From positions 1 through 37,323 of the IMG/VR virus record IMGVR_UViG_3300032116_000607: 37,323 nucleotides of DNA, one strand, 5' to 3'. Shown here piece by piece: positions 25,701-33,792 of the stretch. Every line of letters starts with the position of its first letter. Position 1 is the first letter of the stretch. Both the position numbers and the translations under genes were made by a program. The DNA comes from a virus (taxonomy: Duplodnaviria; Caudoviricetes). A model generated the notes under the pieces. It did no database searches. It saw only the letters and a program-made list of their open reading frames with translations, and was not told the DNA's origin.

Positions 25701-28700
25701 AGACTTGAACTCGTCAGGGGAGTACTCGTTTATACGGGCAGTGCTCTGCAGTGATGCCAGCACTTGCTTTTTGTCTGTCAGAAGAAACTCATCCAGCTCA
25801 CGACCTATATCTTCGGCGGCTTTGATAATGTTGGCCTTCATAGCCACCATCTTCTGCACCAGCGTGTCAATCTCACGTATGCTAGGTATGTCTGGGCCAA
25901 ACCAGTTTAGGATGCCAGACGTTGGTATAGTCTTCAGTATAGCCTTTAGCGTAGGTGGACCCATACCGTCGGAGTTGTCTTTGAACGCATTAAGGAAGGC
26001 GCTGAACTTACGCCCCTGCACAGCTTTCCCTACACCGTCAGCTATGCCGTTAGTGGACGTAGACTTCTGCGTGCGGCGCAGACCATCGCTCATGGAGGCC
26101 GACGTTTCTTCCAGCGCTTCTTTATGCTCAGGGGTGGTCTTAGGCCGGGAGTATTTTGTAGCGCGTGATGTGGTGGTGTCCCACCCACTGATATACCGCA
26201 TACCCTTTACGAGCGTGCTTTCCTGTGGGCCGTTTACGACGCGCTCGTGACCTGCGGCCAGTATAGCCTCTACATCCGCATCGCTGATTGCTAGGCTGAT
26301 ACCCAGCTTACGTGCAAAGTTACGGATAATAGCCGCAATACGGCTAAGCATATTTGGCCGGATTTGTCCGGTCTCGGACATTTCAGCTAGGACTTCTTCT
26401 ACTGCACGGGCGACCCGGTCAGTGTCTTTTGCATATGCCTCTGGGTTAGCAGCTAGCCAAGCATCAGTCTTGGTCCGTATGTTGCCATTGCCTTTGTATA
26501 GCGCGGTCAAAGCGCCGTCTAGTTCGCCACGGAACAGCTTCTCAAGGCCAACGTGACCAAGGGCTTCATGGAACAGCACCGCCTTAGCACGCTCTACGGA
26601 CTCAAGGTTGTCGGCAATCAGATACACTGTGCCGTCAGGAGCCACGAAGCCTTCTGCATTAGTGGCGTTGTCCTGCATCACAGCCCGGCGTATCTTAGCG
26701 TCAGCTATGTCGTTAACTGACTGTACCACTTCAACTACGGGTGGACCTTTCCACACCGACACGATAGCATCTACCGCTGCGCGGGCCTTTGACACGTCGG
26801 TCTTGGCTTGGCCCGGCTGCGTTTCACCCCTACGGTACTTCGACACACGGCTTTCAGCTAGGTCGATTTTAGCATCGCGTAGCTCCTTTTGGTCACCTTC
26901 CTGCAACGCTTCCTTAATGCGTATCTTGGCACCAAGCTGCTCGTCCTTGCGCATCTCTGACATGGAACGTAGCCGCGACCGGATTGGGTTCAGCATGCGA
27001 TTGTTTACGAGCTTAGCCAGCTTCTCGTTGGCGACCACCAACTCTGCTTCCGCTGCCTTGGCTTCAACGCCTGTGGTGTTGCGGAACTTGGACATTGCTG
27101 CCCGTGCTTCTTCTTCAGCCTTGGCGATGTTGTCCTGTGGGCGACCGAACTTGTCGTACGCAGCGGGACGCTCCAGCTGGCGGATAAGCTCTGTACGCTG
27201 GTTGTTGTCTATCTCGCCACGCTCACGCGCAGCATCAATCTCTGCAGTAAGCTCTTGCACCATCGACGTAGCTACAGTGGGTTTTGCGGAGTCCGTATCT
27301 GGTATAGCCGCAGCGGGAGCAACGTATGGCATGAGGTCCATAGCCTGCTCTTCGAAGTCCTTCAGGGTATCTGCAGCTGCAAACACCTCACCGTCTGGAC
27401 CGACAACCCTATATGGCTTCGGGCTAGTCTCATCAACCTGCACACTATACGCTTCGTTAGCAGGGTTAGCACGACGTATGGCGTCCTCAATGTTCTTTAC
27501 GAACTGGGCCTTGTACTGCTCGTCCTTGGCTGCGCGCTCTTGCTGCAGCCTATCAAACTCGTCGGCCTGCGCCTGACGCTCGGCTTCACGCTGCTCCGGT
27601 GCGAGCGCACCCTGCTCCAGCTTGCGCTGCTGGATTTCCTCGAACTTGTCGAGGCGGTTTTCTTCCTGTGTAGGCAGTGCACCAAACAGACCTTCTTGGC
27701 CTGCGGCTTCCACAGTGCTGGCACTGGGTGGACGTCCCCTACGCGAGTATTTGATACCCGTGGGGGAAGCTGCTGCTGCGTTTAGGCGGTCAACGGCTTC
27801 CGCTTCGTCAATTCCGTATTTGTCAGCAAATGCACGGACGCCATCGTCGTTTTGCAGGGTAGCCTCAGCAAATGCTGGCGTAATAGTGGGCGCAGCGGAA
27901 CGCGCAGGTGCAGCTTCTGCTTTTGGTGGGGGAGTATAGTCAAACCGACTAACGGCATTACGTATGCGGTCGATGGTATATTCAGGTTTATCCTTCTTAC
28001 TGATGTCTAACCCTAGACCACGTGCAATCGCGTTTATCCTAGGCGTATTAAAAGGCACACCACCAGCATCAACTGCAGAGACAAGGTCAATAGCAGACTG
28101 CTCTATAGGAGATAGCTTACGGCGCTGTGGCGCAGCTTCTGCTTTTGGTGCAGCCTGCTCAGCAAACAACGGCTCAATAGTAGAAACTTCGTTACCAACA
28201 AACTGCGAGAACGCAGCCATGCGCTCGGGTGCAATAACCTTGTCGATGCCGGTGGTCTTCATGGCGTCAACGTATTGACGCGCTATGCTCTCTACGAGTG
28301 GTGCCGGTGCTACCTGCCCCTTATCAACAAACGCAGTGTACTCATCTATCTGAGTATTTATGTCTGGTATGGTGCTAGCAGGCTCGACTCCAGCAGCTTC
28401 AGCCTCACGCGCCTGCTGCATGGCGGCTTGCTCTTCGGTGTCAACCGGAGGCAGTGTGGAAAGGTCAGGACCTCCGCCAACATCAATATCTTCTTGGGCT
28501 AGCCGTTCGGCACGTGCTTTTTCAAGTTCTGCAGCTTGCTTATCAATAGCGGCCTTCTGCTTCACCATGGTGTCTACAACCTGCTGGGCTTTCTCCAGCG
28601 GGAACCCGCGCCTAGTGAACCGCTCAACTGCAGCGGACACGGCTTCTTCAGTCGGCTCTGGCGGCAGAGCTTCAAGCTCTTGTGCAATCTCTTTCGTGAG

Positions 28701-29744
28701 CATCTCACGGTTTTCCGCACGCGTTTCACGCGCACCACCGTAGCCACCTAGGAATAGGGACGCGATGCCTTCAGACGCGGCCTGACCGGCTACACCCTTC
28801 CACGTATCTACATCGAAGCCTTCGCGCTGCAACGCTAGGTTCTGGGCCAACTGTTCTTGCCCACCTTGTACAGCTTCCGGTACAGCTTCCGTTACCGCAC
28901 CTTTAGCGGCTCCGCCTAATACACTGCGCCTTGCGCCGACTTCTACGGCTTCACGCGCTGCCACCTTAGCGGCAACATTCTTAGCGGCGTTTGCACCTAT
29001 GGTACGGGCAATCTGTGGAGCAAAACCAGTAGCCGAAGCGAGCGCGCCTATTGCACCACCAAGTGCAATCTGGTCCATATTCTTGCCGCCGTACTCCTGC
29101 GCCCGCTCAGCTGCGGCTTCGGCGTCTTTCTCAGACGCACCGCTCTTTACAAACTCGTCGTATACGGCGTCGTACACAGCACCTTTTATGGTACCCACGC
29201 CTGACGCCGTGCCAAGCCCGGCCATAGTAGCTATAGGCACAACTCCGGTACCGCCAGTGGCAACACCTGCGGCGACAAAAGGCACTGCTGAACCTGCTAC
29301 GCTAGCAATGTTTTCCAAAGGTGCATAAGTGAACGCACGAGCAGCAGCCTTAACTTCTTCCCACACGCCCTTACCTTCGGCGTCCTTCTGGATTTTGCGG
29401 GCAATTTCTAAATCTTCACGAGACCCAGCAGATTTCAAGGCGGCGGCGGCTTTAGACACGTAATCAGCTGCATCGGACACAGCATTATCAGCACCAAAGA
29501 CATCTGAGATAGACTTAACTGTACCGCTTAAACCTTCGGCTACACTCAAAGGTATGTCTGCAACAGGCGCAATCAACCCGCCGACTAGCGGGATTTTCTC
29601 AATAGAGCTAGCACCCTGCTTGGACTTACCACCTTGGTAGTACTCTTTGGCGATATATGATATAGCATCGCGCTCGGTGGCATTCTTCGGAGCGTTGACA
29701 GTGTAGCTCCTGCCGTCCGGGCCTTTTACAGTGTATGAAGGCAC
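22797..29744 (-). CDS. Large polyvalent internal virion/ejection protein, 2315 aa
   Basis: Gly/Ala hydrophobic N-region, zincin-like HEALGH (26553-26570), YFPFMREGQY (PLxRFG-like) and a long helical C-terminus; AGGAG RBS with GTG start. Confidence 0.85.
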   Translation of the reverse strand: MPSYTVKGPDGRSYTVNAPKNATERDAISYIAKEYYQGGKSKQGASSIEKIPLVGGLIAPVADIPLSVAEGLSGTVKSISDVFGADNAVSDAADYVSKAAAALKSAGSREDLEIARKIQKDAEGKGVWEEVKAAARAFTYAPLENIASVAGSAVPFVAAGVATGGTGVVPIATMAGLGTASGVGTIKGAVYDAVYDEFVKSGASEKDAEAAAERAQEYGGKNMDQIALGGAIGALASATGFAPQIARTIGANAAKNVAAKVAAREAVEVGARRSVLGGAAKGAVTEAVPEAVQGGQEQLAQNLALQREGFDVDTWKGVAGQAASEGIASLFLGGYGGARETRAENREMLTKEIAQELEALPPEPTEEAVSAAVERFTRRGFPLEKAQQVVDTMVKQKAAIDKQAAELEKARAERLAQEDIDVGGGPDLSTLPPVDTEEQAAMQQAREAEAAGVEPASTIPDINTQIDEYTAFVDKGQVAPAPLVESIARQYVDAMKTTGIDKVIAPERMAAFSQFVGNEVSTIEPLFAEQAAPKAEAAPQRRKLSPIEQSAIDLVSAVDAGGVPFNTPRINAIARGLGLDISKKDKPEYTIDRIRNAVSRFDYTPPPKAEAAPARSAAPTITPAFAEATLQNDDGVRAFADKYGIDEAEAVDRLNAAAASPTGIKYSRRGRPPSASTVEAAGQEGLFGALPTQEENRLDKFEEIQQRKLEQGALAPEQREAERQAQADEFDRLQQERAAKDEQYKAQFVKNIEDAIRRANPANEAYSVQVDETSPKPYRVVGPDGEVFAAADTLKDFEEQAMDLMPYVAPAAAIPDTDSAKPTVATSMVQELTAEIDAARERGEIDNNQRTELIRQLERPAAYDKFGRPQDNIAKAEEEARAAMSKFRNTTGVEAKAAEAELVVANEKLAKLVNNRMLNPIRSRLRSMSEMRKDEQLGAKIRIKEALQEGDQKELRDAKIDLAESRVSKYRRGETQPGQAKTDVSKARAAVDAIVSVWKGPPVVEVVQSVNDIADAKIRRAVMQDNATNAEGFVAPDGTVYLIADNLESVERAKAVLFHEALGHVGLEKLFRGELDGALTALYKGNGNIRTKTDAWLAANPEAYAKDTDRVARAVEEVLAEMSETGQIRPNMLSRIAAIIRNFARKLGISLAISDADVEAILAAGHERVVNGPQESTLVKGMRYISGWDTTTSRATKYSRPKTTPEHKEALEETSASMSDGLRRTQKSTSTNGIADGVGKAVQGRKFSAFLNAFKDNSDGMGPPTLKAILKTIPTSGILNWFGPDIPSIREIDTLVQKMVAMKANIIKAAEDIGRELDEFLLTDKKQVLASLQSTARINEYSPDEFKSADEALANHPAMKEIEARILKNSNDKALAARIIAEMKALTMQGKEVVGVKGDKVKMSDDMRKLVADLSKTAIDRQKTSAQTGQVAELTRRIRDVHKLWDELGKLKNGHKLYLEMRAYYKDMFEAELALLDGRISTIAGEAEAKRLRDLRADMMREVMNPDEAKKSGDIFHDLDSSLFTKDYFPFMREGQYYVRVAAAKDGSREREFYQLYSAKDMQDAQKAIAKRLGVNPEDSSVITVGYDIAQLQENMKSDDQMMQKIFDLVSKAKAEFAGTKGIDANSFKDLTDSIYQTWLLSTPERSVRRRFMHAQEVVGFQQDLLQQFASQASNYANQLSKLAYAGDIRLKTEEARDNVSDRDATLKAKYNSVIDELETRAEDEINPSPQSSFINALNRASYFYYLTAPATAMLQLTSIPIRVVPRLWRDYGYAEGTRMWLKYMKIWNTLGKAKVQTTRTGLAGAGDQLDVLMPNINSSKLINANTDEGKLLRRALAAGMERNVLETVQDTLIQNERETAKRHRTGAARTAVEARALTGKAMGVMFQGLENISRQAAYFMAFELAYKAEAAKNTDTSAEAEKVVFDKAVTTALDTVRDTLGDYSNWERSSIMKKDWTRALFLFKMHPILQTKFLVGAMRDIGRGLYPGASPEAKAARAGAMKELGGVLMMAGVFGGLLGMPLYTVMALALSESFDEEDDEDVRKLMGLDPRVAYDSDIMFRAWIMDKFGEPMIGDVSMADILIHGPVGALSNTEISSRTSLDLKNMWFREAVTGDSTGDTVIKTLLANVAGGQMLIQAFNAKDNFAEGDMYGAVKKLAPAFVRSWVAAGQGEAEGVVSRKGDVIIDKDDISALDTFRTISGFRPLRLARWQDYYITRGKNDKKIKAEKTQLLSTLDRKIREGEITSKAQLQEFITDEIIPFNRTYPDPSFIITEESIMRSLKGRADVRERTVQGMRLEKKTAGKDIGMAEMFRP

Positions 29745-29755
29745 CTTGGGTACTC

Positions 29756-31339
29756 CTAGTTACGCGTTGCTGAAAAACCTTCAAATGGGTCTTTTTCACC
29801 GGCACTGCCGCCTGTTTCTCCATCTAGGTTTAGCGAACCTTCCATACCGGTGCCACCAAATTTTGCGTTTATCTTTTCCATAGCTATTTTTGCTGCGCCG
29901 TAAGCAAACTGCCTAGCTTTGTTTTCTGGATATCCCTTGTCTATAAAGTCTTTGTAGAACGTTTCCACGTAGGCTTCAAAACTATTTGGTTTGACACCTT
30001 CTTTAGCCGTAGCAGCAATCGTCCTAGCAATTAGCTCGTTAGCCGCAATATTTTCCCTGCTGGTAAGCTCACGTTCAAACTGCGATGCCTTTAGGCCAGT
30101 ATTAGACATATCTACAGCGACACCAAGTATCTCTAGGTTTTCCCTACGGGTCTTGTCGTTCATCTGACCCATGATATCGAGAGCGCGGTCCTTAAGTGCC
30201 TTGCGCTCCTTCTTATCTGCACGTGCACCCGGCATAGCTGCGGCAGCGGCTTCACCCACTGCTTGCAGTAGATACGGAGACTTAGAGCTGGCCATGTTGA
30301 AGCCTATTTCTGCTAACGTCTGGTACATAGAGTCCTTACGCTGCTCTTCGTAATACTCGTCGGACGCCATCTCTTCAGCGCGGGCCAGACGCTTAGCTTC
30401 AACTTCCCGCTGTTTTTCCGTAGGACCAAACTGACGCATCAGGTTTTGGTATTCATCTGCGACTGAACGAGAACGCCCTTCAGCAGTCCCAAAATCGCGT
30501 TCGGGCATTTTGGGTGTGGCTTTACCGCCTAGGATATTGCCAATATATTTTTTCGTTTCAGCAGGCAGCTGCTTAGGGTCACCACCCTTCTTCAGCCACT
30601 TATCGACGTTACCCGGTCCCCAATTATACGCAGCTAGTGCAGTAGCCTCATCGCCGTAACGGCGATACATGGCATCAAGGTAGTCACGACCAGCACGGCG
30701 GTTTTCCGCTTCACTATCGTCCCGCATAGGCGTCACACCAAAACCGGGGTCCTTCATAGTGCCGGGCATAAGTTGCATAACGCCACGCGCACCTGCGCTG
30801 CTCACGGCATCCTGCTTACCACCGCTTTCCCAATACTCTACGTCGTCATAGAGGTTTGCCATGCCGCCCTTACCGCCACTAGCAAACGCAACCATACCGC
30901 CACCTGCATAACTGCCGTTATCAGGCTCGTCGAATATAGCGTCAGGCACAGGTAGGGTAGTTAGACCACCCATAGCCATACCCTGTGGAGGTGGGGCCAT
31001 GCCCATATCTTGAGGAGGCGGAGCCATAGGCATCTGTGGCGGAGCGCCCATACCTTGAGGCGGCATAGGCATACCTTGGGGTGGAGGACCCATACCCTGT
31101 TGTGGGGCAGGGGGAGCGCCTTGTGGTTGCCCACCACCAAGAACCTGCTGCGCTACAGTCGGCTGCTGCGCAGCTTCCATAACCTGTGCGGAACGCATCC
31201 GGTCAATAAACATACCTGCAAGCACGGCTGCAGTAGGGTCAACGATACCCATTTGCGCAGCCTGCGCAATCTTCTGCTTATTACCGGCATATTCCTTAGC
31301 GATATTTTCCGGCGCTTGGATACTGAATGGTTTAGCCAA
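29756..31339 (-). CDS. Virion protein with SLT lytic transglycosylase domain
   Basis: ESGG...GARGVMQLMPGT...ALAAYNWGPGNV; Pro/Gln/Met-rich N-region; AAGGAG RBS with TTG start. Confidence 0.92.
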   Translation of the reverse strand: MAKPFSIQAPENIAKEYAGNKQKIAQAAQMGIVDPTAAVLAGMFIDRMRSAQVMEAAQQPTVAQQVLGGGQPQGAPPAPQQGMGPPPQGMPMPPQGMGAPPQMPMAPPPQDMGMAPPPQGMAMGGLTTLPVPDAIFDEPDNGSYAGGGMVAFASGGKGGMANLYDDVEYWESGGKQDAVSSAGARGVMQLMPGTMKDPGFGVTPMRDDSEAENRRAGRDYLDAMYRRYGDEATALAAYNWGPGNVDKWLKKGGDPKQLPAETKKYIGNILGGKATPKMPERDFGTAEGRSRSVADEYQNLMRQFGPTEKQREVEAKRLARAEEMASDEYYEEQRKDSMYQTLAEIGFNMASSKSPYLLQAVGEAAAAAMPGARADKKERKALKDRALDIMGQMNDKTRRENLEILGVAVDMSNTGLKASQFERELTSRENIAANELIARTIAATAKEGVKPNSFEAYVETFYKDFIDKGYPENKARQFAYGAAKIAMEKINAKFGGTGMEGSLNLDGETGGSAGEKDPFEGFSATRN

Positions 31340-31350
31340 CTTATATCTCC

Positions 31351-33357
31351 TTAACCGCCGAGCGTCCTAGATAGACCCAATGCACCTAGACCAGTACCGA
31401 GCACTTGAGAAGCCATAGATGGTGGCGGTGCGTATGATGTCTGGGTCGAGTTCAAGCCTACAGGTATGCCGCGAAGCAAGTTGCTGTACTGGCCCAGCGT
31501 CTCCATTGGGTAGTCGCGCTGACGCAGGAAGTCTGCGTAAGCTTGGTCGAGGTATTGCTGCTGTAGACCGCGTTGCTCACTCGCTGCCGCCGCTTGGGCT
31601 TGCAGACGCTGGAGGTCCGACTGCTGCTGATACTGACCGAGGTTGCCAAGGGTCTGACCCATCTGCCCTGCTGCCTGTAACCCGGCAAGACCTTGAGAGG
31701 CACCAAACTGGCGCGACTGTTCTGCGAGACGCTGCGCTTCAAGCCCTTGCTGCTGGTTAGCGAGCATAGCCTGCATGTAGTTCTGTGAGCCAAGCTGCTG
31801 CGTATTCATCAGCGCTTCGAGGTTCTGTGAGCCTACCTGCAACCCAGCCTGCTGGTTAGCCAGCGCTGCGCGCATCGCTTGTTCAGCATTTAGCCCCTGT
31901 GTCTGCAACTGAGCAGCTTGGTTCTGCACGTTCGCCTGCTGTGCTGCCGACAAGTTAGCCAACGAAGTCTGCATGCCGATATTAGCACCAAGCTCCTGAG
32001 TACCTAGTTGTGACTGCAGGTTTGACTGCGCACGGGTAACGTCTACGCCTTGGTTAGCAAGCGCAGCACGTAGTGCGCTGTCCGCGTTCATCCCCTGTGC
32101 TTGGAACTGCTGCGCTTGGTTATTGACCCGCGCCTGCTGCTCGTTCGACAGGTTCTGCATCGCCGTCTGCAGACCGATGTTAGCGCCAAGCTCTTGAGTA
32201 CCCAACTGCGACTGTAGGTTCTGTTGTGCCCGCGTTACATCTACGCCTTGGTTAGCAAGTGCGGCGCGCAGCGCGCTATCAGCATTCATCCCCTGTGCTT
32301 GGAACTGCGTTGCTTGGTTGTTGACCCGTGCCTGCTGCTCGTTCGACAAGTTAGCCAGAGCCGCCTGCATGCCAGTCTGGAGACCCAACTCCTGCTGACC
32401 CAATGCTGCTTGCAAGTTAGTCTGACCTGCGGTCATGCCTGCTGCGCGGTCACGCTCAAACTGAGCTTGCGCATTCTCAAACGCCGCTTGCGAACCACGT
32501 GCTTGGATATCACCTAGCTGCGTACCCAGATTACGCTCACGCTCTAGACCGGCAAGTAGCTGACGGCTACCGCCATAGGTGCCCTGACGCGCAGCGCCAA
32601 GGTCTTGGGCAAGCTGGCTCTTCTTCGCGTCTGTAATGGCTTCGCGCTTCTGTGTGTCTACTACGCTTTGCACATAGGGAGACATATACTGGTCGGCTTG
32701 CGCCTGCCCGAACTGCTCTGGAGCAGACATACGCAACTGTTCAAGTGGGCCTTGGCCAAAAGAAGTCTGAGCACCCTGCATAGTAGGCGCGCTAACCTGC
32801 TGCGCTGATACCTGCTGAGTAGGTCCAAACTGGAACGCATTTAGGCTCGGGTTGTACCCCGTCTGCGCTCCCTGCATGTCGGAAGAGCTAACCTGCTGCG
32901 CGCCTACGTCACGTGTTCCACCCATTTGAAACGCATTTAGGTTCGGATTATACCCGGTCTGGGCAGTGCCCATCATAGGCGCGTTTTGCTGCTGAGCAGC
33001 TACTCCCATAGCAGGACCCATCTGGTACTGCTGAAGCTGTGGGCCACTGACCTGCTGCGCATTAAACTGCGACGGGTTATAGTTCTGCTGCAGTGCACCA
33101 AGCCCTGCTTGGTAAGCAAGTGCTGAGCCAGTACCGTACTGGTTCGGTGCACCCATGTTTAGCACATTCTGCTGAATTTGCTCTTGGGCCGGAGTGTAGC
33201 CTGCGATGCGCTGCTGGCTATACGGTGTATACTGCGTGTTGAGCGCGCCTTGCGCGCCTTGCATGAGGCTTTCAAAATACGGACGTGCGTATTCGGGCAG
33301 GTTGCTCGAAGTAGTAGTTACTTCTTGTTTCGTGGGTGCGCTAGAACCGCCAGCCAT
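31351..33357 (-). CDS. Gln-rich putative DNA ejection/pilot protein
   Basis: 66-aa and 32-aa internal repeats; Gly-rich hydrophobic C-terminus; position among internal virion genes. Confidence 0.72.
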   Translation of the reverse strand: MAGGSSAPTKQEVTTTSSNLPEYARPYFESLMQGAQGALNTQYTPYSQQRIAGYTPAQEQIQQNVLNMGAPNQYGTGSALAYQAGLGALQQNYNPSQFNAQQVSGPQLQQYQMGPAMGVAAQQQNAPMMGTAQTGYNPNLNAFQMGGTRDVGAQQVSSSDMQGAQTGYNPSLNAFQFGPTQQVSAQQVSAPTMQGAQTSFGQGPLEQLRMSAPEQFGQAQADQYMSPYVQSVVDTQKREAITDAKKSQLAQDLGAARQGTYGGSRQLLAGLERERNLGTQLGDIQARGSQAAFENAQAQFERDRAAGMTAGQTNLQAALGQQELGLQTGMQAALANLSNEQQARVNNQATQFQAQGMNADSALRAALANQGVDVTRAQQNLQSQLGTQELGANIGLQTAMQNLSNEQQARVNNQAQQFQAQGMNADSALRAALANQGVDVTRAQSNLQSQLGTQELGANIGMQTSLANLSAAQQANVQNQAAQLQTQGLNAEQAMRAALANQQAGLQVGSQNLEALMNTQQLGSQNYMQAMLANQQQGLEAQRLAEQSRQFGASQGLAGLQAAGQMGQTLGNLGQYQQQSDLQRLQAQAAAASEQRGLQQQYLDQAYADFLRQRDYPMETLGQYSNLLRGIPVGLNSTQTSYAPPPSMASQVLGTGLGALGLSRTLGG

Positions 33358-33360
33358 AAC

Positions 33361-33792
33361 TTACTCCTGTATATCCAAAGGTAGTTCAAACGACTGCAGG
33401 GTTGCTTTATACCCCTCGTCCCGGAACACCCGTTCCCAACCTACGCGCCCATGTGCTTCTATCGCGTCACACTTATTGTCCTTAGCCCAATTACGGAGCA
33501 TATCCAACATAGGCTTTTTCCACACTGCGCTTTCCTTACCACCGCACATCTCTAAGGAAAGGCACCGCTTGCGTGGGTAGTCTATAAACCGAGTTATTAC
33601 AGCACCCTTTATATCATCACCATCGAAAGCAATCCATAGCGGATAATCATATTCTAGCACGAGAGCTAGCACGTCTTCGGTTTCGTATTTACCTTGGCTA
33701 TGCGCAACGGCGTCCCGCACGTACTGCTCCACCTGCGGCCATATATTGGGCACAAGCTCTTTCGGCACCGCAGATACGCGAACCTCGCTCAT
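33361..33792 (-). CDS. GNAT-like fold virion-assembly protein
   Basis: LWIAF...GAVIT...YPRK...GG...WAK..C..IE..GR.GW pattern; position ahead of the ejection genes resembles T7 gp13. Confidence 0.6.
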   Translation of the reverse strand: MSEVRVSAVPKELVPNIWPQVEQYVRDAVAHSQGKYETEDVLALVLEYDYPLWIAFDGDDIKGAVITRFIDYPRKRCLSLEMCGGKESAVWKKPMLDMLRNWAKDNKCDAIEAHGRVGWERVFRDEGYKATLQSFELPLDIQE

